A stretch of 64,000 nt of DNA from an uncultured virus (IMG/VR IMGVR_UViG_3300026078_000030). Its lineage: Duplodnaviria > Heunggongvirae > Uroviricota > Caudoviricetes. The notes below the pieces were generated by a model that did not search any database, was not told the DNA's origin, and saw only the letters and a program-made list of their open reading frames with translations. Positions within the stretch are counted from its first letter, which is position 1, and every line of letters starts with the position of its first letter. Position numbers and translations under genes: made by a program. Positions 25,982 to 36,042 of this stretch are shown here, in pieces. The stretch lies in IMG/VR virus record IMGVR_UViG_3300026078_000030. The stretch is one strand, 5' to 3'.

Positions 25982-27993
25982 TTGGCCACCAGAGATTGAA
26001 CAAGAGTCGATTCCTTAACCTGCTTCGACGTGCGATCGTAGAACGTGACCTTGATCTGGATGGCACCCAGAGGAATTGGCCCGTCGTCTGAATTCGGCCA
26101 GCCGATTTCAGAGGCGTTATCGGTTATCCCGTCGAGGTCGTCATCGATGTTGGCATTTCCGGGTCTTTTGTCCAGTCCGAAGCTGAACGGCCGGAATGGC
26201 GGGCAATCGCGAATGCCGTCGTTGTCGTGATCGAGCATCGGGTTCCAGGTCTCGTACCGATTCACGTTCGCCGCTGCGTTCTGGTAGCGTGGATTTGGAT
26301 AAGAGTATGCGTTCAGCGTCGAAAGCAGCGTCGGGGCCGACGGCACGTTTTGGTACTTCATCGTGACTGGCACATTCGATGGACCAGCAGTGCGCCCGGT
26401 CCCTGCATTCGGCCCAGCGCAATAAAATCCGGTCAATCCGAGATGCCCGATATCGCGAAAGTCGCCATCGTCAGAATTTGGCCAGCCAAGTTCGGAGTTG
26501 TCATCAATCGTTCCGTTGTTGTCGTCGTCAATGCCGGCAATGCCCGGTGCCTCATCTGGACCTGGCGAACCTGCGGGATCGAAAACCTTGATGTCGAATT
26601 TCAGGACGTTCGTCATCAGTACGTCTTCTCCGCCGCGTGGTCCTATGAAGTTGCTCACCAGTCCGGTCGTCGTATTGAAGTTCAGGAACGTGTTGTTGTT
26701 GGTCGGGTCGGTCGAGACATTTCCGGGATAGCCGAAGTTTACGGCAGACGTTTCCGCGTGCGTGAACCGGCCAATGAAAAACGTTGAGCTGGCCGGGGTT
26801 CCGGCCGGACCAGTCGAGATGAATTCTCGCGGCAGCCCGTAGGTCGGCCCCGGAACGGGATTGCCGCCAACAGTCACGATCGACGAATCGAATCCGAAGC
26901 GATACGCAGGATTTCCCAGTACGAATGGATTTATAACTGTTGTCGTCGCGCTCAGGCTGTTTGTCTGCGTGCCTACACCATGAAATCGCATCATGGACGT
27001 GCGCCCGTCGAAGTAAGCCGAGTAATCGAAGTCTGTCAAGAAATTGCGAGTGCCGTTCGTGTACGTCGCTAGACTCAATGCGGCTGATGGCGCTGGAGGA
27101 ATCAGACCGTCAGTCGTTGGCGTTCCGTCAACAGGGTTTGGCGTGACGTTCGGCTGGCGAATGAGGACGACACGACGATACAGCGTGCCTCGCCGTAGGA
27201 AATAGCAGACTTCGGCATACTGCGAATCACCTACTCCGTTCGGCATGCCCTGAAGGTCGTCGAACTCCGGTTGGTTCGGATAATACTGCTGACCGTTGCC
27301 GGGCGAATTTGCCGATTGAAGCGTGCCAGCGCCTGGAGTCGGATATGGCGACGCGCCGGGGGTTGGATTGCCGGGACCGAAGCTACCGGAACTATCTGGA
27401 AAAACCGTTGCGGCTTTGCCGAAATAGGCTTCAGACGATCCGGCCGGAAACCGGACGGTCATCGCGAGCACGTCATCGGTATCGTCATTCGGGTCGTTCT
27501 CGGAAATGTAGAAGTAACCGTCGCGATTCGTGAACGGAGTTGGCAGGCCGTCAATTTCGTCTGGTCCGAACGGGATCATATTCCGAAACGTGCGGTACGG
27601 TCTCGTCAAGTCGTTCTTGTCCTGCGTGTTGCTGTTAAGGTCGTTGCGCAGTCGAGTCAGCACCAGCCGCACACGCTGGTCATTCTCGGCCAGCCCCTTC
27701 TGTGTCGACATGGCGTTTGTGGCCATTTGAAAGATCGTGGCAAACAGCGTCATCATCAGTATGACCAGCGCTACGGCGACGAGCATTTCGACTAGCGTGA
27801 AGCCGGCGCGGCGTTGACCGACCGCTTCCTCAAGTGATTCGATATGCCGTCGCTTTAATTCCAGCCGCGTTTCATACGACATGCTCGATTGCGGTATACG
27901 AAGAAATCGCAGATATGCCTCGACTCGCTCGCGTAGCGTCGTGTCGCCAACATCGTCCGCTTCTCGTTCCGTCATTCGATTCATTGCGATCAT
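25978..27993 (-). CDS. Large prepilin-type (PulJ/PilW-like) minor pilin or pseudopilin
   Basis: RRAG/FTLVEMLVAVALVILMMTLFATIF class III signal; DDDNNG-type repeats; start chosen downstream of the terminator. Confidence 0.85.
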   Translation of the reverse strand: MIAMNRMTEREADDVGDTTLRERVEAYLRFLRIPQSSMSYETRLELKRRHIESLEEAVGQRRAGFTLVEMLVAVALVILMMTLFATIFQMATNAMSTQKGLAENDQRVRLVLTRLRNDLNSNTQDKNDLTRPYRTFRNMIPFGPDEIDGLPTPFTNRDGYFYISENDPNDDTDDVLAMTVRFPAGSSEAYFGKAATVFPDSSGSFGPGNPTPGASPYPTPGAGTLQSANSPGNGQQYYPNQPEFDDLQGMPNGVGDSQYAEVCYFLRRGTLYRRVVLIRQPNVTPNPVDGTPTTDGLIPPAPSAALSLATYTNGTRNFLTDFDYSAYFDGRTSMMRFHGVGTQTNSLSATTTVINPFVLGNPAYRFGFDSSIVTVGGNPVPGPTYGLPREFISTGPAGTPASSTFFIGRFTHAETSAVNFGYPGNVSTDPTNNNTFLNFNTTTGLVSNFIGPRGGEDVLMTNVLKFDIKVFDPAGSPGPDEAPGIAGIDDDNNGTIDDNSELGWPNSDDGDFRDIGHLGLTGFYCAGPNAGTGRTAGPSNVPVTMKYQNVPSAPTLLSTLNAYSYPNPRYQNAAANVNRYETWNPMLDHDNDGIRDCPPFRPFSFGLDKRPGNANIDDDLDGITDNASEIGWPNSDDGPIPLGAIQIKVTFYDRTSKQVKESTLVQSLVAK

Positions 27994-28004
27994 GTGGCAC
28001 CTGT

Positions 28005-28049
28005 AAAAGTAAATGCCGGCGCAAAACTTGGAAGAGTCTCGCGCCGGCA
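28005..28049 (-). terminator. Intrinsic terminator with GAGACUC in its loop
   Basis: UGCCGGCGC-GAGACUCUUCCAAGUUUU-GCGCCGGCA-UUUACUUUU. Confidence 0.75.
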
Positions 28050-28112
28050 AGTTGGGGCCGGTAAAGGCCCGCTCGTTTGGCATGCGTCTTCCACCGCACG
28101 CCGGTCTAAACG

Positions 28113-28871
28113 CTAGGATACCGCCAGTGGTTCACGAATCGCAAGCATTTCTTTTCCGTAAGGCTTCAATCCGCATTTTTCCAGCGATTTTCGCCAGTGT
28201 TTCAGTGATAGCGTGATGTTGTCTCGCCAAAAATCCAAGTTATATAGATGGGCCGTGTTCGCATTGTCATAGAACAGACAGCCCGATTCCTCAACCGGCA
28301 CGATTCCCGGCCACGCCTCGACCCCCATGAAATCCTGGTTTATGTTGCGCCAGTCAAGTTCCCCGAAGATCCGCGAATTCCGAAACGTGAACCACGTCCC
28401 GGCATAGTGCCAGTTGTGATAACCGGGGAACGACCAGAGCCCATGACTGCGAAAGGCGCCCACGATGTTCTTGCCGCTGGCGAAAAGGCATTCGAGCAAC
28501 TGCGGATAGTCAAGATTTGCCGCTGCCATGCCGTCGCACCAAAGATGCGAGGCGTGCCCGTCTGGTTGCGTTGCCCCCTTGCAATGCACGTAGGTCGTGA
28601 ACTCGTCTGGATCGCGAGACTCGACGCGCTCCAGCATTGGCACGAACGACGCGACCTCCTGCAACGGCCGGTCGTTCGGCTTGATGATGATTTCGCAATC
28701 CGCTGGCCATTCTCTCGCCACTTCAGCCGGGGCGCTGCAACATTCGTCATGCGCGATTGTGATGATCTTGCGGCCGGTGAATTGACCCCAAGCCCGCTCC
28801 AGATGGCGCAGGGTTCGCCGCCACTTGCCGGATTTGCGTGGGTAGCAATGCACGATCAGGTTGCGGATCAC
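28113..28871 (-). CDS. Putative glycosyltransferase-like protein
   Basis: YVHCKG, HYAGTWF, EAWPG; gene context. Confidence 0.45.
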   Translation of the reverse strand: MIRNLIVHCYPRKSGKWRRTLRHLERAWGQFTGRKIITIAHDECCSAPAEVAREWPADCEIIIKPNDRPLQEVASFVPMLERVESRDPDEFTTYVHCKGATQPDGHASHLWCDGMAAANLDYPQLLECLFASGKNIVGAFRSHGLWSFPGYHNWHYAGTWFTFRNSRIFGELDWRNINQDFMGVEAWPGIVPVEESGCLFYDNANTAHLYNLDFWRDNITLSLKHWRKSLEKCGLKPYGKEMLAIREPLAVS

Positions 28872-29398
28872 TGTCCAACCCTCCGCAGAACGGTCAGCCC
28901 GTGGCTGTTTCGGTACTCGGCCACGATCCGCCATTCGGAATGCGCCGCAAGAAACTGGTTGATTGCCGGCGCGAGCCCCCGGCCGCCGTCTTCCCCTACG
29001 TCACCGAACGTCACGGTATCATGCAGCACGATCCAACGTCTGACATTCACGGAGTGCCGTTCAAGTTCTGCTGACAACTGCGCGAACGTGTGCAAGCTGT
29101 CGATTAAAAGCAGATCGGTCGGCACGATGTCGATTGTCAGCGTGTCTGCCTGATGAATGTCGAACAGAGTTTTTCCGGCGAACGGCTTTAGTGCTTCAGC
29201 CGCTGGCGACGGGGCAATATCGAACGTCTCCAACGTGTCAGGCTGCGCCGCCAGGAATGCGGTAGTCGAAACGGCGTGGCTCGTTCCAAACTCTGTCACA
29301 TTTTCGCATTCGCTGGCCAGCAGCCGCAACGTCGGACAGTGTTCACCGATGTTCGGACCGGAGCGCCAGGCTTTGAAGTAGAGGTCTTCGATGCTCAT
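28868..29398 (-). CDS. Class I SAM methyltransferase (Methyltransf_24-like)
   Basis: VTEFGTSHAVST, DLLLIDSLH, IVLHD. Confidence 0.8.
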   Translation of the reverse strand: MSIEDLYFKAWRSGPNIGEHCPTLRLLASECENVTEFGTSHAVSTTAFLAAQPDTLETFDIAPSPAAEALKPFAGKTLFDIHQADTLTIDIVPTDLLLIDSLHTFAQLSAELERHSVNVRRWIVLHDTVTFGDVGEDGGRGLAPAINQFLAAHSEWRIVAEYRNSHGLTVLRRVGQ

Positions 29399-29751
29399 TG
29401 AACCAGCTCCACGCGACAGCCAGGGCAGCGTTGTCGAATGATGTCAGCCTGTTGCGGCACGTCTTCGTAGAATTCGGTCACGCCCAGCAGGTTTATCATC
29501 ATGGCCTTCCACTCGCCGGCGGATTGATGATCTCCGTCAACGCCGTTCGGCCGGCAGTAAACCGCTGAACAGATTCCGACTTCAATCAGAGTTCTCGGGA
29601 ATTCGTGAATCCGCCGGCCCGTGATGACCACGTAGGGATGAACCGGCTGCACCTTTCGGGGCACGAGTACGCCGTCAACATCATAACCGCGAAGAATGCT
29701 CATCGTCGCCACCATAGCCACGATAGAATTTTGTTCAGAAAAATACGCCAC
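29395..29751 (-). CDS. HAD-superfamily hydrolase-like protein
   Basis: YDVDGVL, ITGR, K, FYED. Confidence 0.6.
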   Translation of the reverse strand: MAYFSEQNSIVAMVATMSILRGYDVDGVLVPRKVQPVHPYVVITGRRIHEFPRTLIEVGICSAVYCRPNGVDGDHQSAGEWKAMMINLLGVTEFYEDVPQQADIIRQRCPGCRVELVQ

Positions 29752-29803
29752 CGCGGAACTTCACAGCCTCCTTTACGTGGCTGTCAATATCGAATCGTGC
29801 GAA

Positions 29804-30172
29804 TCATTTTTTTCTCCACGGCCAGCAAATCGGCCAAAGCGGGAATCGAGAGTTGAGCCGCGCCTTGCGGGAATTGCAGGTAGAGCACGGCACAATGCGG
29901 CCAAACGTCACGATGCGAATCAGCCACGCGAGTAAATCGCCAAGGCCGATCTTGAATTGCGGAATGTGGCCTTCCTCGTGATAACACGGCGACTTGCCTT
30001 GCTCGTACCCGAGGTAGTAGTCAAGTCTCGTTTTGCAGAGATGGAAGTAGTGTTCATTTTTTGGGCATCCTGGATGCCGGGAACACGCAAAGGGGAATTC
30101 AGTCGGCACGCATTCGCATGGCGAACCTTCGTCGAGGGAAGCCGCTTTAATTATTTTGTCGCAGCAGCTCAT
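29804..30172 (-). CDS. Cys-rich phage protein
   Basis: GLGD...CSTCNSRKARLN. Confidence 0.6.
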   Translation of the reverse strand: MSCCDKIIKAASLDEGSPCECVPTEFPFACSRHPGCPKNEHYFHLCKTRLDYYLGYEQGKSPCYHEEGHIPQFKIGLGDLLAWLIRIVTFGRIVPCSTCNSRKARLNSRFPLWPICWPWRKK

Positions 30173-30765
30173 AGTGTGATCGTGACCGTTAGGCTCTTGC
30201 CAGTGCATGTATCGATGCCGGTAATGGCAATCGAAAATGGAACACATTGCACGACGATTGTTGCAGCGACCGAGGGAGAAAATGTCGTTCCGTTGCTGCA
30301 AAAATCTACCGGATCGAGTCCGCATGTGCCTGCTTGATTCTCGAAGAAAAAAGTGTAACAGAATCCATCAGTGCACGTGTTGCCGACGGTGACACACGGC
30401 TTATCGCATTCAAAATGAACCGGAAAAGTCGCGTGGCTCACCGAGTCCGTAAATAAACCCGACCAACCACCAAATGCGCGAGTAAGTACGACTGTGGCGT
30501 TTCCGCCGGTAAAGTTATGCGTTGTTGCCGCCGGCCCAGAAGCAGTGGCGTGCAAATTCGACGTTCCGAGTCCGCAGCACGCAATTGGCGCTGACGGCGG
30601 CGAGGACGGGGCGGAGCAGCACTGGCAATTCCTGACAAACGACGTGCCCTTCCCCCACTGCGGAGGCCACGGCAAACCGAGCCATCTGGATAACGCTAGG
30701 CTGGGCACGTATCGGTCTCCACGGCGAACCAGTTGACGCCCGAATTGGTTTTCGAGATCCAGCAT
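30169..30765 (-). CDS. Cys/Thr-rich putative tail-tip protein (true start probably downstream)
   Basis: Position and beta-rich composition. Confidence 0.4.
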   Translation of the reverse strand: MLDLENQFGRQLVRRGDRYVPSLALSRWLGLPWPPQWGKGTSFVRNCQCCSAPSSPPSAPIACCGLGTSNLHATASGPAATTHNFTGGNATVVLTRAFGGWSGLFTDSVSHATFPVHFECDKPCVTVGNTCTDGFCYTFFFENQAGTCGLDPVDFCSNGTTFSPSVAATIVVQCVPFSIAITGIDTCTGKSLTVTITL

Positions 30766-31448
30766 TCCACCATTGCGTTCGCTGCAATCGCGCCGAATCG
30801 GGCGAGCACGCTGCCCATCGTGACGCTCGAATCCGTTTCGCTGCCGAATGTTCCGGTGAAAATGTTGATCGTTCCCGTGCTGCCCTTAGCAATTTGAGAG
30901 CCAGCATTTTTTCCGTAGAAGTGATCCATTGAAACAGCCTCGACCAGCGCATAATGATTCGTCGAATCATAAACGTCGATGATCCGGAACCCGCCGGTGT
31001 TTTTCTTCAGCAGATATGTCCCTGACCTCGGCCCCCAGGCATCCCCAGCAGCCGGCGTGCCGTCAGAATTGTCATACGCCGCGATAAACCGATTCGGCCC
31101 CCAGGGGCCGATCCCCTGCGCAGCGCCGCCCTTGCCGTGCGTCACGCCATCCTCGTTAGCAATCAGGAAGTTCGTCTGGCAACCGTAGGTATCCGGGCGC
31201 TTGCCGTTGATGATGAGTCCCGAACTGGTCGAGTGCGTGCCGTTGTGGAGCATGATGCCGAACGCCGGGCAGTCAGCAGATGCCTCGCCGTTCCAAAGGC
31301 CGACGACGGACAGGTCGTCGCCTCCGACGATGCCCTGCGGGCGCGGTGTGCGGTCGTTGATGCGGTCCCCGGCCTCGATGGTGCGCGCAGCCCTCGCCAC
31401 GCGATTGAAGTCGTCCATCGAGCCAAAGCCAATGATCTTCGTGCCCAT
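30696..31448 (-). CDS. Putative tail/virion protein
   Basis: Position after tape measure; Gly/Thr-rich. Confidence 0.55.
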   Translation of the reverse strand: MGTKIIGFGSMDDFNRVARAARTIEAGDRINDRTPRPQGIVGGDDLSVVGLWNGEASADCPAFGIMLHNGTHSTSSGLIINGKRPDTYGCQTNFLIANEDGVTHGKGGAAQGIGPWGPNRFIAAYDNSDGTPAAGDAWGPRSGTYLLKKNTGGFRIIDVYDSTNHYALVEAVSMDHFYGKNAGSQIAKGSTGTINIFTGTFGSETDSSVTMGSVLARFGAIAANAMVECWISKTNSGVNWFAVETDTCPA

Positions 31449-31450
31449 CG

Positions 31451-32410
31451 TTACTGCTCCGCAATGCGGGCCTTCAGCGAGTGCAGGCAAAGCTCATAAG
31501 TGTCGGCCGCGGACGTTTTCTCGATGTGCGCCAGCAGGAAGAACGGCCCCACTGCGGCATTCACGTTAAACACGGTCGAGGCCAGCACGAGCGCCCCGTT
31601 GACGTAGATTTGCACGTCAGCCGGATTGCGCATATCAAACCAGACGTAAACGCGGTTTGCGACCGCCGAGCCTTCGGTGTAGGTCTTTGTCGAGTCTGTT
31701 GCCGTGACGGTCGTTGTGCCATCCTTCGACTGAAAGTTGATCGCGGTATTATTCGCGTCCAAATGGCAGAAGACGTGCTCCGTAATCGAATCGGCGTCTG
31801 TGGCGTGAGTCGCATTGGCCACGCCGATTGACACGTCAACGACGGTTCCGGCGCCGTCGGATGGCACCGTAAAGACCGCTTCGACAATCGCATTCGCCGC
31901 CACTGCAAAGCCGTCCACGCTCAAGATGTCGAGCTTCTGCGCTTCGCTGGTCGAGCTTATGACGAAGTTGCTCGCGCCACCACGGCGGAAGACGCCCATC
32001 GTGTTCCAGCCTTGCGTTCCCACTGGCACCGTAAGCACGGCATCTCGGGTTACATCGACTGTCCAGCTTGGCCGCACGTTGAGATTAACGTCAACCTGCG
32101 TACTCGTGCTGGTCTGGTCGCCCACGGCCGTACCCACGAAAAAGTCACGATCGTTGACCGGCAGATACGTCGCCGAGCTTGCGGAATGATCCCAATAGAC
32201 TTCGCCGCCGGAGAGAATGACGACGCCCGACGTTTTCGTCAGCCGCGCCACACCAGCAACCTGGATCTGCCCAGGATCTCCGGCCGTGACGCTGTTCGGC
32301 GCATATCCAGCGCGACCGTCATTGAGCTGGACGACCTGCCCTTGCGACAGCGAATTCTCGGCAATGATGTCCAGCAGATCAGAACTGTGTCGCGCGGTCG
32401 CATCGGCCAT
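31451..32410 (-). CDS. DUF2190-like (capsid-cement fold) virion protein with C-terminal beta domain
   Basis: GQVVQL...AGDPGQIQVAGVARLTK...GGEVYWD...FVGTAV. Confidence 0.65.
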   Translation of the reverse strand: MADATARHSSDLLDIIAENSLSQGQVVQLNDGRAGYAPNSVTAGDPGQIQVAGVARLTKTSGVVILSGGEVYWDHSASSATYLPVNDRDFFVGTAVGDQTSTSTQVDVNLNVRPSWTVDVTRDAVLTVPVGTQGWNTMGVFRRGGASNFVISSTSEAQKLDILSVDGFAVAANAIVEAVFTVPSDGAGTVVDVSIGVANATHATDADSITEHVFCHLDANNTAINFQSKDGTTTVTATDSTKTYTEGSAVANRVYVWFDMRNPADVQIYVNGALVLASTVFNVNAAVGPFFLLAHIEKTSAADTYELCLHSLKARIAEQ

Positions 32411-32423
32411 GATTCATTCTCCC

Positions 32424-33365
32424 TTAGATATTTAGTCCCGGCAGAACGGAAAAGTCTGCCGCTTCGATAACGTCAAAACTCAATTCCACCGCGTTGTCCG
32501 GAGACGGGTTGTCGAGTCGTTTTCCGTTGCCGTCCAACGGCCACGGCCGCTTGACTTCTTTGGGTGGAACGGCATCGTCTTTAATGGCAATGCGCTTCGT
32601 GTCGTCATTCGGATCGAGCTGCCGCATCCCCTGGTCGAGCAACTTCAGCGCCCACGTCTCGCGGCGAAATTCCAACGTATAGGCGAAGACGAAATATTCG
32701 ACAATGCGCGTACCTCCCTCGCCGTCATCAAGGGTTGCCGACTGAAGTTCGCTGATGTCCATATCAGACACTCTCGCGACCTGCGAGTCGACCGGAACGC
32801 CCTGGATTGTGAACGGCCCAGAATTGATCGGGCCACCTTCTCCGAATTCCAGAATGAAAGTAGGTATCGCCGGCACGTTTGTCGTCACTGTAGCGGTCCA
32901 GCGGAATAGCTCCTTCTCTGGAGGCGGGTCGAAATATTCGCCCGCAGAATTCATAATGGCCTGGCCATCCACGTCTTTGTGGATGGCCTTGTTGTATTTG
33001 CTGGTCTTCCACTTATATGTCGACGGCCTGTCAAGCGGATTTGGCGATGCCTGCTGATTCTTCTCCTGCTGTCCGACTGGCTCGCTGGAATATTCTGCCG
33101 AAACGATGTAGTGCAGTGGGCTCTTTTTGTCCTGCGCAATTGAAATCTGGCGGCAGAGCAGCGGAATCAGCGAATTGACGCCGAAGATGCTGGTCACGTA
33201 GGGGATCGGCAGGATGTTATTCGACCAGCCATATTGAGTGATCGAGTAATCAGTCTCATATCGGCTCGTCGAGCAGCACAGCCATTCCTTTGTAGCTTTG
33301 TGCTCCAACGGCTTTCCAAAGTCGCTCTTGCGCCCACTGAGCGGCCGGATGTATTGGATGGTCAT
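32424..33365 (-). CDS. Putative distal tail/baseplate protein
   Basis: Directly follows tape measure; NSAGEYFDPP, LLDQG. Confidence 0.55.
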   Translation of the reverse strand: MTIQYIRPLSGRKSDFGKPLEHKATKEWLCCSTSRYETDYSITQYGWSNNILPIPYVTSIFGVNSLIPLLCRQISIAQDKKSPLHYIVSAEYSSEPVGQQEKNQQASPNPLDRPSTYKWKTSKYNKAIHKDVDGQAIMNSAGEYFDPPPEKELFRWTATVTTNVPAIPTFILEFGEGGPINSGPFTIQGVPVDSQVARVSDMDISELQSATLDDGEGGTRIVEYFVFAYTLEFRRETWALKLLDQGMRQLDPNDDTKRIAIKDDAVPPKEVKRPWPLDGNGKRLDNPSPDNAVELSFDVIEAADFSVLPGLNI

Positions 33366-34963
33366 ACGCCCCCCACGCCGAACTCGATTTCTCCCAAGCC
33401 TTGGATCCCTAACGCCATGTCGCCAAGAAATCCAACAGCCTCCTCTGAGGCGTCGGCATTTCGTTCGGCTGCCGCCAAAATCTGCTCCTGCGTAGTGTCG
33501 CCCTTCGATCGCATTGCCGAGAAGATGTTGGACAGCGCCTCTTTGCTGTTGAACTGGACGGCCTCGACGGCCTTTATTTCCGATCCAGCCTTTGCGCCCG
33601 GAAGTTCCGGCGCTATCTTTCCGCCCTTGCGTTCTGCATCGCGCTTTTTCTGGTCGCGATCGCCCTCAACCTGCCCGATATCGCCGAGCAGTTTGTCTCG
33701 CCGCTCGCGGAGCTGGTCAGCCAGCCCGCCGCCCGGTTCGGCAAATCCAGCGAGGGCGTCTCTGCGCGTTCTATCGAATGCCGCGCCGAACTCGGAAAAT
33801 GGATTTTTCGCCTCAGCCGTGTCGGCCTGAGAGGCGAGCGTGGACATGAAGGCATCGGCAAACGAACTTGCCGCATCTTTGAAGTTGCCGGATTTGACTT
33901 TCTGCCAACCCGCCTCCATGCCAGCGATCAGCGCCTGAAATACGTTGCCAATTTCCTTGAATCCGCCCATTACATTATCGGCGAACGCGCCGAATCCAGC
34001 TTTTGCCCCTTCCCAAATCGCAATGATATCCGCGCCCAGCTCCTGAAACACGCCTTGCATTCCGGGCACAGCGTCGATAATTGCCAGCTCCATGTTCACG
34101 CCGGCAAGTTCAAAAATTGAATTGAAATTGCGAAACGTCATCGCAACTTCTTCTCCGAACGCCTTGAATTGTTCGGTAGCGTTCTGGATCGGCGTGGCCC
34201 AGTCCGTGACGACGGAAACGACTTCTTTCAAGACCGGCAGCAGCGCAAAGCCGATGTTTTCCGAAATGTCTCCAATGATGTTCTGGACTTGCTTAAACGG
34301 GCTGGCCATCGCTTCCGCGGCACCGCCGAACTTCGATTGCATCGCGTCCAGAATAACCCTCTGCGCGCCGACCAGATCGCCCTGTTTCTGGAGAGTGGCA
34401 ACCTGTTTTTTCTGTTCTTCCGAGAGCTGCACGCCTGAGCGCGCCAGCTTCGCCATGCCGTTGACGGGATCATTGAGCGCCTTGCCAATGAGCATAATGG
34501 CAGAGGGCAGGTCCGTCTCCATAACCGTCGCCATGTCCATCGCGCCTTTGACGGCATCCTTGAACACATCGCCACGGATATTCGTGAATGTGGCCAGCAT
34601 CGCAGCCGCAGCCGTCGTGGCGTCATCCTCGAAATTGGTTGTCTTCTGGAGCTGGCCGGCGAAGTCCTGCATTTCCTTAGTCGTAATTCCGGCAGCGCCA
34701 CCCGTCGCATCGACAACTGCCTGAAACTTCTTGGCTGCCGCCGCGGCCTCTCGCGCCGAATCCACGACATGCTTAAATGCAAACGCGCCGGCGATTGGAG
34801 CTACAATCGACATAAGCGGAGCGAAGGCGCCGGAGATCTTGCCGATATTCGATTTCACGTCGGCCGCAAATGAGGCCGTCTGCTTGCGCATGTCAGCGAC
34901 AGGCTTTGTGAAGCCCTGCGTGTTGGCCAAAAAGTTGGCCACCAAATTTCCGACTGAGGCCAT
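33362..34963 (-). CDS. Tape measure protein
   Basis: Ala-rich helical; IGKALNDPVNGMAKLARSGV. Confidence 0.88.
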   Translation of the reverse strand: MASVGNLVANFLANTQGFTKPVADMRKQTASFAADVKSNIGKISGAFAPLMSIVAPIAGAFAFKHVVDSAREAAAAAKKFQAVVDATGGAAGITTKEMQDFAGQLQKTTNFEDDATTAAAAMLATFTNIRGDVFKDAVKGAMDMATVMETDLPSAIMLIGKALNDPVNGMAKLARSGVQLSEEQKKQVATLQKQGDLVGAQRVILDAMQSKFGGAAEAMASPFKQVQNIIGDISENIGFALLPVLKEVVSVVTDWATPIQNATEQFKAFGEEVAMTFRNFNSIFELAGVNMELAIIDAVPGMQGVFQELGADIIAIWEGAKAGFGAFADNVMGGFKEIGNVFQALIAGMEAGWQKVKSGNFKDAASSFADAFMSTLASQADTAEAKNPFSEFGAAFDRTRRDALAGFAEPGGGLADQLRERRDKLLGDIGQVEGDRDQKKRDAERKGGKIAPELPGAKAGSEIKAVEAVQFNSKEALSNIFSAMRSKGDTTQEQILAAAERNADASEEAVGFLGDMALGIQGLGEIEFGVGGV

Positions 34964-35609
34964 TACTTAATCAACCCCGGAAACATCTGTGCCATTGACG
35001 CCGCCGCCGCATTGGGCGACACAAATTCGTCCGATTTCTGTTCATCTTCGCCGGCCATGTACTGAATGAGTTTGTTCGGGTCGGGCGGCTCGCCAACCGT
35101 GAGCGCCCCCATGATGTTCGCCGTGTTCCAGGCGTCCCGCATGTCGGCGCGCTTATCGCCCCACGGTTCGATCTTGGCATAAGCCTGAAGCACACGCAGG
35201 TCATGAAAGGTCAATTCCTCAAGCAGTTGTTGCCATTTGCTCAAGCGACCCTCTGACAGCGCCAGGCGCATCACGAACAGAATCAGGGGGTCGCGTCGGA
35301 GTTTTTTTCGAGTGCCGCCACGGACTTGGATTTAGCGAGATTGCCGATCTTGTCACACAGCCCAGGAATGAGGTCCATCGGAACGTCATTGATCGCCGGG
35401 TCTTCAGGATTCGCGAACATCTGCTTGCCGTCGTCCTCCAGCATCGCGCTTCCGAGAATGAAGTTCATCGACTCCTGATGCTTTCCGGCTTCGCTCAGTG
35501 CCGTGACCTGAATCGTCTCCGCGATTGTCAGTGCCCTGACCGTAAATTCTTCGCCGTTGACTTCCACTTTACAGGGCCGTTTTTTTAATAGCCGTTCTCG
35601 TGCCGTCAC
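34963..35609 (-). CDS. Tail assembly chaperone pair (G/GT) with -1 frameshift
   Basis: Slippery A AAA AAC at 35301-35307 links 35283-35609 into the frame of 34963-35274. Confidence 0.8.
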
Positions 35610-36031
35610 TTGTCGTCCTCCTCGTCTTCATCGTCTTGTGCTTTGGCAGCAGCCTGCGCCGCCTTGAAATTCGGCCCCGGCTTCTTCGTGCCGTCCGCGT
35701 TGTACCCCGCCATGATTCCGGCGTCGAAATCGGAGAAGTCATCGGGATGGATGCCCAGCGCCAGCCGTTCGTAAGCCTTCTTCGCCAGCCGAATCATTTC
35801 GGGCGTCATGCCCGCGGCGATGCGGCATTCCTCGTCGGCAGGCACAGCCACGCCCATCTCGACCAACATGAAGCAGTTTTTCTCTTCGAGGATTGCTCCG
35901 CGCTTGAAAAACGGCACGTCCTGCATGCGCTTGTTGCGCATGACGTTTCGATATTCCCAGGCCGGTTCATGCCCTGGCGGCAAGTGGACCAGCGAAACCT
36001 CGATGTCGTCGCGGATGATTTCGCACTTCAT
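35606..36031 (-). CDS. Hypothetical tail-module protein
   Basis: Coupled ORF. Confidence 0.6.
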   Translation of the reverse strand: MKCEIIRDDIEVSLVHLPPGHEPAWEYRNVMRNKRMQDVPFFKRGAILEEKNCFMLVEMGVAVPADEECRIAAGMTPEMIRLAKKAYERLALGIHPDDFSDFDAGIMAGYNADGTKKPGPNFKAAQAAAKAQDDEDEEDDK

Positions 36032-36042
36032 TCAGTCACCAA

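Noticed and set aside
25978..28083. Pilin gene as host DNA at a prophage boundary, or start at 28083
   Set aside because: Phage-type genes continue on both sides; the 28083 start would run through an intrinsic terminator, so 27993 is preferred
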